Source of the DNA: Mobula birostris
Lineage: Eukaryota
Assembly (NCBI RefSeq): GCF_030028105.1
Contig: NC_092372.1
Coordinates: forward strand, 26,912,034 to 26,976,033
Reading direction: 5' to 3'
DNA length: 64,000 bases
This document shows positions 55,065-64,000 of this stretch, piece by piece. Each line of letters opens with the position of its first letter. Within the stretch, counting starts at the first letter, position 1. The translations under genes were made by a program, and so were the position numbers. The notes below the pieces were generated by a model. The model was given only the letters and a program-made list of their open reading frames with translations. It searched no databases and was not told the origin of the DNA.

Positions 55065-55860
55065 ATCTCCCAACCTTGTTTTATGTCTATATTTTTAAAA
55101 AATTAAATTAAAAAAATTTAAAGACAATTCAAATGTCCATTAGGATATGAGAATTAGTTCTAACTTTTGCTGTTAATACAATCCTTAAGGTACTAAGTGC
55201 CTTTAACAGCACAAGAGCTGGCACTCCCTTCTTTGTAAGACAGTCAGCTCATTGTTCCTATGTTGTTGACCATAGCACATAATGAATTTTCTGTGCTTGG
55301 ACAAGTACTTCGATGCTGCTTATCTTTAGATGAAGCCTCTTCTCGAACTGACTTGGTGGATTTGATGGCATCAACCAAAGAGTAGTTGTCTGTAACACAT
55401 GTTATTTATAGACTACTCTAGAAAAGCTCAGAAAAGAGTGTGGTCAGCATTGTCAATACCTTCAGACATTGCAAGGGTTCCTCCTGCCAGCGTACTCTGT
55501 ACAACTCTTCGAATCCTTTTTTGATTGTCAATAGAGAGGCGAAAATCTTCCCTTTTCTCCCATCAGTCCAATAAAATGTCCCCCTTGAGTACCTCAATTG
55601 GGAAGATTTCCAAGTGAGGCATCTCTGAAGACAATGAGCCTCAGTGAGCTATCTTTTCCAAGCTGTTGAAACTTCAAGACTACTTTTCTGAGTGAATTAT
55701 GCACACTATATTGTTTGCCTCTTAAAGTTTGTACTGTGGCATTTTTTTTGTGCTGGATGCCAAGTTGCAGGCATCAAACATGATGTCAGGTTGCTCTGCC
55801 TTGCCACCCATCGAATCTGACCTATCTTTGACCTGAGTTGTTCAGCTTCAGCTTCACTAA

Positions 55861-56674
55861 GGCTACGTCCACACTAGACGGATAAATCCGTGACCGAAGC
55901 TTTTTCTCTTCATTTTGACCCTCCATCACACTGAAACGGTGTTTTCCTTCCCCGAAAATGGAGCTTTTCTAAAACACTGTCCAGTGTGTGTAAATCTGAA
56001 AACGCCGGTTGGCTATTGTAGTGTGTACGGGGTGACCGGCTAGCTTTAAAAACACTGTCATGACATGCCGGAACAAATGGTGGTGGCAGTGCAGTATTTT
56101 ACTGTTTTCTTGAACGCAGCCTCCAACACCACAACAACAATATCTGACAATAGATGTGTAACATCCTAATGTAACATTGTATGGAAATACAAGATAACAC
56201 TGATACCGATATGTTTTATACATTTAACATGGTGCTTTATTAATGTATTGCTTGTGCAAACATTCAATAGGTGGAATTGTCATTTTTGCCCAGTAACTCG
56301 TTTTATTGCACATTAAATACAGCAAAATAATACACAAAGACATGGCAAAAGTAAAGGCAAACAAATGAGGTAACAGCAAATTTCACTTGTGCCCAGTAAC
56401 AAGCCTTATTGCATTTAGTTGTAGCTGTTGTCCCTTCCATCGGTGAAGAGACTATGGGTATAGGAAATGTTTCTGGACAAATGCGCACCAAGTATATACC
56501 GTTTCCTCTTCGCTTGTTTTCTGTGTGTCCTGCGCATGCCCAGTAGGAGGAGATTCACTCAAAATCCGTTTTAATGTGGACGGAGGTATTTTCAAAAACG
56601 CCTAGTGTGGACACCTATAGTTTTGACGCGAAACCGGCATTTTCAAAATTATCCAGTCTAATGTGGACATAGCC
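55861..56674. mobile_element. PIF/Harbinger-type MITE inserted in the Copia RT
   Basis: TIR GGCTACGTCCACACTAGAC.GATAA / TTATCC.GTCTAATGTGGACATAGCC; 3-bp TNA flanks (TAA / TGA). Confidence 0.8.
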
Positions 56675-59590
56675 TGAGGGGGCATCCCTTTTGTGTGGCA
56701 CGTGAGGATTCCATGTGGATTGTCTGAAGATTCCTTATGTAGCTTTCTTGGTGCAGTTGTTCTGTTCTGTCAACAGTAAGGATGTCTATGTTCCTTGCAC
56801 CCAATCTGAAAGGCTGACTTTAGCTAAGGTATCACTGTTGTAGCAAAGTTTTATGAGCCTCCCCATATGAAGTCATCTACAGAACAGGCAAGTACTCAAA
56901 TCACATGACATCCTGAATCTTGCCAGTTAAAAAACAGCTGGATTCACTTGTGACATCTTTCCATCTGTTTTCAACATATTTCCTTGACCTTTTTATACGA
57001 GTAGAGCGATGCATCTGCTACACCATACATACACTTATTGAGCTTCCACAGTGTTCCTTCACTTCTGTCTTGTGACACCTCCATTCCCTGTAAGAATGTG
57101 AATTTTATGTCCATGCAGTGGGGTTGCCAATGCTTTTGACATATCACTGAGAGAAAGAGTCAGAGACTCTGATGCACATCTTGGTGAGTCTTTGAGTTCT
57201 TTTATGTTCAGTTCCTCAAAACCTCTGGCCACCAGGCATGCTTTTGGTGTAATTCCTCTTGGGGCCTCTTTCAAGGTGCACACTGATCTTGTAGACACTC
57301 TCTTTTGGTCAATCTCTGGCTTCCTCAAACACTCCATTATTCCTCCAACTTCTGATTTCGATCTGTTTTGCAGATTCAAATGACACCTCTTTAGTTACTA
57401 GGCCATCTTCATCTCGACATTTCTCAGATGGTCCAGCCTGATCTATACTTGATTCTATATGATGTCTGTCTACTCATGACATTTTGACTGGCCCTGCAGT
57501 GCCAGCGACTGTGATTGGTTCAAGGTAATTCAAGTTAAAACAACTTCTGTTTTTCCCAGTGGCTTTGCTTGCTCGTCCTAAGACTTCTGCTTTGTTTACA
57601 AATCTCACAGTTTGTCCTCTTTTAAGACTGAAACGTCCATGTTGTCTTTGCACTTATGATAATTTCTGTTCAGGCAAGTCTGAGTCTCCAGCTGCACTCT
57701 CTTCCATGCTGTCTGTGCCACTGCTGAACAGTTCTGTTGGGTCCTTAGCAGCACTCTCCTCATCCTTGTCTGTGCTATGTGACGCTGTACCGCCAAAGTG
57801 CTTTTCATTTTTGTTTTTATCATTCTCCATGGAGTTCTGATGGTCTTCAGTGTGTGCTTTACGTAGTCTGGAATGATGCACTCTCATGTATGTACCTCCA
57901 TGTCTCATGAATACAACTCCATCCAGACCAATGATAACTCCAGGACCTTTCCGTTCTGTACGGTCTGCCCTTTTGTAATACACTTTGTCCCCCGTCTCAT
58001 ATTTCTCATCTGCAGGACAGTGCCGTGCCCTCAGTGCTCTTTGAACTCCCTTTGGACACTCAGCTTCAGTGAAAGCCTTCGTTGATACATCCAGTACTGA
58101 ATTATGTTTCCCAACCCATTCACTCCTTGTAGGGCCCTCTAGAGGAGATTGTCTGTCAGCCAGTACAGAGGGAAGGTTTGGATTCTGGCTAAACACCAAT
58201 TGATATGGGCTATGGCAATGTACATTGCGCATGGTATTCTCCACAATAAGGACCCTGTCCAGAGCTGTGATCCAATCACAGCCATTGCTTTTCTTTACCT
58301 TCAGCGGTTTGATCGGGGCATGACTGTGCAAGTGCGTGGACGTCAGCCGGTGAGAAAAGTGAGAAGAGTTTAAAGGGAGATGATTATTTCTTCAGCGGTT
58401 TGATAGTGGTACGACTGCACAGTGAGAAGAGTTTAAAAGGACACACCTTATAAAACGGGCATCAGAGGAGCGAGCGACAGAGTAGAGGGAGACAGAGTAA
58501 GAAGGCTTTGGCTCAACAGGGCTTCAGCGGTAACGGGTTGAGCTGAGGTGGGTTGCCTGTGTAGAATACAGACAGGAAGAATGTGTGTGAGGCCGGTGTC
58601 CTGTGCTTGGTGTCAGGTGTGTCGAGCTGCAGCTCCTTAGGGACCGTGTTAGGGAACTGGAGATGCAGCTCGATGACCTGTTGTCTGGTCAGGAAAAGTG
58701 AGAAGGTGATAGGAGGGAGCTATAGGCAGGTAGTCACACGGGAGCCTGGGGAGACAGGTAAGTGGGTATCAGTCCGGAGAGGGAAAGGCAGGAGTCAGAG
58801 GCTAGAGTGCACCCCTGGGACTGTACCCCTTGACAATAAGTACTCCTGCTTGAGTACTGTTGGGGAGGACGGCCTACCTGGGGGAAGCAACAGTGGCTGC
58901 GCCTCTGGCACAGAGTCTGGCCCAGTGGCTCAGAAGGGTAGGGAAAGGATGAGGATGGCAGCAGTGATAGGGGACTCTATAGTTAGGGCGTCAGACAGGC
59001 GATTCTGATTGCATCCGTGCTATCCTGAAGTGGGAAGGAGAGCAGTCAGAGGTCGTGGTATATACTGGTACCAACAACATAGGCAGGAAAAGGGAAGAGG
59101 TCCTGAAAACAGACTACAGGGAGTTAGGAAGGAAGTTGAGAAGCAGGACCACAAAGGCAGTCATCTTGGGATAACTGCCTGTGCCACGTAACAGTGAGTA
59201 TGGGAATAGAGGGAGGTGGAGGATAAATGCGTGGCTGAGGAATTGGAGCAACAGGCAGGGATTCAGATTTCTTGATCATTGGGACCTGTACTGTATAGCC
59301 TACTGTATAATATGGGATGTAGCCTTAACAGTGCTCTCTGTACACGACTACAAACGACTGTTTTCTCACATACCTCTGAAACGAACTAAACTACTGTTAA
59401 AGACTTACACAGGACAGAAAGTGCGTCCCAAAGGTAAAATTAAAGTGACAGTGACCTACAGGGACAAAACACAACAGCTGAACCTCTGTGTACTGGAAAA
59501 TGGAGGACCACTGTTACTGGGTCGTGAATGGCTCAGGAAAATCCGGTTGGATTGGCACACCATCAAGGCACTAGATGTGTCAACAAAGGA

Positions 59591-59928
59591 GGGCAGCTTG
59601 GTGGGGAAGATGTCAGCAGCTCTCCTCTCACCCATTGTCGACTATTTCACCGACGAGGAGGAGCTAGACAGCGTTGGCAGGAAGACAGATATTGCCAATA
59701 AGCAGGATGATGAAGACTACCTGGAAGTAAAAGAGCAGATGTACCAGGAGAAATTGACATCTCTCAAAAGACAGCTACAGCAGTTACAGGAAGGCACTTT
59801 GCAGGAGTATCAGAAAAGGATGAAGAAACTAGATCAACAATGCAAGCAAGGAATATGAAATGCAGAGCTTTTTCTGCAACTGGAGACAGAAAAAGTAGAA
59901 AGGAATTATATTAGAGAGAAGAAAGAAG
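59591..59928 (+). pseudogene. SUDS3: Processed, partial SUDS3 (Sin3/HDAC corepressor SDS3) retrocopy
   Basis: ATG 59610: MSAALLSP...DEEELDSV...[45 protein letters not shown]...[23 protein letters not shown]; intronless; TGA at 59856-58; internal in-frame deletion; 3'-truncated. Confidence 0.9.
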
Positions 59929-60620
59929 CGGAGAGAGCGCAGGAATCCCCACTTCAGACCGGCCCGAGCTGCAACCACCTCACGCAGCCTGTCAACACCA
60001 GGAGCGAGGCCAAGACGGAGCAGCAACAGCCAGACAAACCCAAATCCCCCGGGGGAAGAAAGTCATCGCAACAAAGGTTCTTGGAACAGAAAAGTGGTTC
60101 AACGTACAAAATGGATATGGATTCATCAACAAGAATGATACAAAGGAAGATGTGTTTGTACATCAGACTGCTATAAAAAAGAATAACCCACGGAAATACC
60201 TCTGCAGTATTGGACATGGTGAAACTGTGGAGTTCGACGTAGTGGAAGGCGAAAAGGGTGCCGAAGCAGCAAACGTAACTGGTCCTGGAGGAGTTCCAGT
60301 CCGATATGCCGCGGACAGAAATCGTTATCGTCGCTGCAACCCTCGCCGCCGTAATTACCAACAGAACATTGAAGGTGGAGAGAAAGGAGATGGAGCAGAG
60401 ACAGCAACAGATGGAGAAATCTGAGATCAAAATCAGCAACATCGCCCTCCTTACAGAAGACAGTGTTATCCACCTTACTTTGTTCATCGTCGCTATGGTC
60501 GCCACCCACGATATAGCAACCAGCCTCGGAGAAATTACTGAGGGTGGTGAAATAATTGAAAACCAGGTTGCTGGGAAAGAAGGTAAACTTAACAGAGGAC
60601 AAAATCAATTCCATTCAAAC
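59929..60620 (+). pseudogene. YBX1: Processed, partial Y-box protein (YBX1-like) retrocopy
   Basis: [10 protein letters not shown], then cold-shock domain [95 protein letters not shown]; intronless; start codon apparently AGG; frameshifts and stops. Paralogue (YBX1 vs YBX3) not certain. Confidence 0.85.
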
Positions 60621-61394
60621 AGAACAGCTTTCGCGCAAGGTAAATCTTGAACCAATTTTTTTCCTCCATTGAGAATCATGCATTTAATCCTTTGCGAGAA
60701 AGTTTCTTTTGCATGTACATATTTTGGAATCCTCAGTCTATGTGTCTTGTTTTTCACAAAGAAACTGGGAAACAGCATCAAAACAGGCGAATTCTGGCAA
60801 CAAATTGTAAGGTTTCTGTGGTTGTACAGTATTTTTGCACTTGTGCTGACTGTGCATCTGAAGGAATTCTTCTTGAGCCAGACAGACAGCACTGCAGGTA
60901 ATCTTTAACATCAGCAAAACTGTACTTTAGCAGCAGCTTACAAAGATGGAACGAACAACAGGATATCAATCAACTGCTGCACTAAATGGTGAAAGATTAC
61001 TGGTAAAGTACTGATCTTTCTGTGAGTCATGGGATTGCCCAACTTTTGAATAACTAGTAGAGACAGCAGATCACCAACCGCTTCTTTTGTTGGTGGCAAG
61101 TCACGTTTGAAGCAGGCCATGGAAACTCCCTATGCTCAGAGGTCAACTTTTCATGGCTTTTATATGGAAATCTGTATTAAAACAAACAAGTTTATTGATA
61201 GACATTACCCAGGGGGGCAGAGAAGACCCCCCCCCCCACAAAAAGACTTGAGTTATAATTATTATTATTACATTGTTACAATTTCATATGATTAAGTTAC
61301 TAATTAAACAGTGGGTGGGCATTTGTATATTAAGGGTACAAGTACAGTAATTAGCGTAAAAAAAGTTGATATTTTTTAAATAAAAGGGGAGGAG

Positions 61395-61594
61395 TGTACC
61401 ATATAGCCTACTGTATAATAGGGACTATTTTATGTCGTCGTAACACGTTATTGAGCATGCGCTATTGGGTGCGTATTGATCTGTATATATGTGTTCAGTT
61501 CGGGTTCCGTAAGTAAAAAGCCCCTGTTAACTTAGCTCCAGTCTCCAGCGTTTTTATTAATGATATTGTTGTGTAAATGGCCACATACACAACA
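61395..61594 (+). repeat. 3' LTR of the Gypsy element (200 bp)
   Basis: TGT...ACA termini, preceded by the PPT, followed by the TSD; first ~26 bp match the 5' stub at 59287. Confidence 0.88.
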
Positions 61595-64000
61595 GGACCT
61601 GTTGGGGCAGGAGTAACCTGTACAAAAAGGACGAGTTGCACTTGAATCCCAGGGGGACTAATATCCTGGCGGGGAGGTTTTCTAAGGCTATTGGGGAGAG
61701 TTGAAATTAGGATTGCTGGGGGTTGGGAACCAAACTGAAGAGACGGAGGAAGAGGCGGTTGGCTCACAAATACAAAAAGATGGTAGACAGTGTGAGAGGG
61801 AGGATAGGCAGGTGATCGAGAAAGGATGTGCTCAGACCAATAGTTTGAGGTGTGTCTATTTTAATGCAAGGAGTATTATGAACAAAGCGGATGAGCTTAG
61901 AGCATGGATCAGTACTTGGAGCTATGATGTTGTGGCCCTTACAGAGACTTGGATGGCTCAGGGGCAGGAATGGTTACTTCAAGTGCCAGGCTTTAGATGT
62001 TTCAAAAAGGACAGGGAGGGAGGCAAAAGAGTTGGGGTGGGGCACTGTTCATCAGAGATCGTGTCACAGCTGCAGAAAAGGAACAAGACATGGAGGGATT
62101 GTCTATGGAGTCTCTGTGGGTGGAAGTTAGGAACAGGAAGGAGTCAATAACTCTACTGGGTGTTTTTTATAGACCACCTGATAGTAACAGGGACATCGAG
62201 GAGCAGATAGGGAGACAGATTCTGGAAAGGTGTAATAATAACAGGGTTGTTGTGCTGGGAAATTTTGGCATGTCCCTAGAGCGAGGGGTTTAAATGGGAT
62301 CGTGTTTGATAGGTGTGTTCAAGAACGTTTCCTGACACAATATGTAGATAAGCCTACAAGAGGAGATGCTGTACTTGATCTGGTATTGGGAAATAAACCT
62401 GGTCATTTTGGAGATAGTGATCACAATTCTGTCTCCTTTACCATAGCATTGGAGAGGGATAGGAATAGACAAGTTAGGAAGGGGTTTAATTGGAGTAAGG
62501 GGAAATATGAGGCAATCAGGCAAGAACTTGGAAGCATAAATTGGGAACAGATGATCTCAGGGAAATGTATGGAAGAAATGTGGCAGATGTTCAGGGGATA
62601 TTTGCGTGGAGATCTGTATATGTACATTCCAATGAGACAGAAAGGATGGTAGGTGCTGGGAAGTAGGTACAGAGGAGATGTCGGGGGGTAATTTTTTTTA
62701 CTCAGAGTGGTGAGTGCATGGAATGAGCTGCCGGCAATGGTGGTGGAGGCGGGTGCGATAGGGTCTTTGGAGATAGGTACATGGAGCTTAGAAAAATAGA
62801 GGGCTATGGATAACCCTAGTAATTTCTAAGGTAGGGATATGTTTGGCACAGCTTTGTGGGCTGAAGGGCCTGTATTGTGCTGTAGGTTTTCTATGTTTTT
62901 TGTTTCTATGGTACAGGAACTATGGTGTACAAAGGCTGTTGTAAATCTAGTCAAGAAGAAAAAAAGAGCGTATGAAAGGTTCAAAAAACTAGGTAATGAT
63001 AGGGGTCTAGAAGATTATCAGGCTAGCAGGAAGGAGCTTAAAGTCATTAGGAGAGCCAGAAGGGGCCATGAGAAGGCCTTGGCGGACAGGATTAAGGAAA
63101 ACCCCAAGCATTCTACAAGTATGTGAAGAGCAAGAGGATAAGGTGTGAGAGAATAGGACCAATCAAGTGTGACAGTGGAAAAGTGTGTATGGTACTGGAG
63201 GAGATAGCAGAGGTACTTAATGAGTACTTTGCTTCAGTATTCACTATGGAAACGGATCTTACAGCAGACTGAAAAGCTTAAGCATGTAGATATTAAGAAA
63301 GAGGATGTGCTGGAGCTTTTGGAAAGCATCAAGTTGGATAAGTCACCAGGACAGGATGAGATATACCTTGGGCTACTGTAGGAGGCAAGGCAAAAGATTG
63401 CTGAGCCTCTAGCAATGATCTTTGCATCATCAATGGGGATGAGAGAGGTTCCAGAAGATTGGAGGGTTGTGGATGTTGTTCCATTATTCAAGAAAGGGAG
63501 TAGAGATAGCCCAGGAAATTATAGACCAGTGAGTCTTATTTCAGTGGTTGGTAAGTTGATGGAGAAGATCCTGAGAGGCAGGATTTATGAACATTTGGAG
63601 AGGCATAATTTGATTAGGAGTAGTCAGCATGGCTTTGTGAAAGGCAGGTCATGCCTTACGAGCCGGATTGAATTTTTTGAGGATGTGACTAAATACATTG
63701 ATGAAGATAAAGCAGTAGATGTAGTGCAAATGGATTTTAGCAAGGCATTTGATAAGGTACCCCATACAAGGTTTATTGAGAAAGTAAGGAGGCATGGGAT
63801 CCAAGGGGACATTGCTTTGTGGATCCAGAACTGGTTTGCTCACAGAAGGCAAAGAGTGGTTGTAAACGGGTCATATTCTGCATGGAGGTCGGTGACCAAT
63901 GGTGTGCCTCAGGGATCTGTTCTTGGATCCCAGCTGTTTGTGATTTTTATAAATGACCTGGATGAGGAAGTGAAGGGATGGGTTAGTAAATTTGCTGATG

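Larger units (their letters stand above)
54868..58256 (-). mobile_element. Ty1/Copia LTR retrotransposon (GalEa-like), 3' half, degenerate
   Basis: Minus-strand order INT-RT-RNaseH: SPYQLVFSQNPNLP...GDKVYYKR...RHGGTYMRVH; TPKACLVARGFEE; VDDFIWGG; RIRRVVQSTLAG.TLAMSEGIDNA; then PPT-like AAGGTTGGGAGAT and an LTR. Confidence 0.85.
59287..61594 (+). mobile_element. Non-autonomous Ty3/Gypsy LTR element carrying captured host cDNAs
   Basis: 5-bp TSD GGACC (59282-59286 / 61595-61599); 5' LTR stub TGTACTGTATAGCCTACTGTATAATA; protease remnant ...LKTYTG...GP.LLGREWL; pol tail RHYP..QRRPP; PPT AAAAGGGGAGGAG 61382-61394; 3' LTR. Confidence 0.9.
58257..64000 (+). mobile_element. Near full-length CR1 LINE (5'UTR, ORF1 esterase, ORF2 EN/RT), runs off the window; split by a Gypsy element and by a small CR1 tail (~62650-62910)
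   Basis: VIGDSIVR esterase; FRFLDHWDL | resumes at 61595 (..LYKKD.LHLNP); [49 protein letters not shown]. Confidence 0.93.

Noticed and set aside
59181-59858. 225-aa ORF as a functional host gene
   Set aside because: A mosaic of CR1 ORF1, LTR stub, Gypsy protease and SUDS3 retrocopy, with a non-ATG start and a premature stop.
59591-60620. SUDS3 and YBX1 as the genuine loci
   Set aside because: Intronless, truncated, disabled and enclosed by LTR/TSD.

Overview
Vertebrate genomic DNA, very repeat-rich (CR1, Rex/Babar-like, Penelope, Tigger, hAT, Harbinger, LTR elements). The repeat repertoire suggests a cartilaginous fish, probably a ray (inference). Two complete minus-strand genes can be spliced by hand with canonical GT-AG sites: (1) SIGMAR1, 4 exons, 43867->27517, 220 aa; (2) a 6-exon TRIM-type gene, 19986->1844, 399 aa, B-box/coiled-coil/PRY-SPRY with no RING, with a perfect kappaB site about 100 bp upstream of its ATG. 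A candidate GALT first exon lies head-to-head with SIGMAR1 (45573-45642). The most unusual structure is at 54.9-64 kb, a nest of elements. A Copia (GalEa-like) element is interrupted by a Harbinger MITE and by a CR1 LINE. The CR1 is itself interrupted by a Gypsy-type LTR element (59287-61594; GGACC TSD, PPT, TG..CA LTR) whose RT/RNaseH/integrase core is replaced by spliced host cDNAs of SUDS3 and YBX1, joined in frame to the retro-protease, plus a third unidentified segment. Many short Penelope-derived inserts carry decayed minimal hammerhead ribozyme cores. All family and orthology calls come from motif recognition, not database searches; repeat boundaries are approximate unless a TSD or TIR is quoted.
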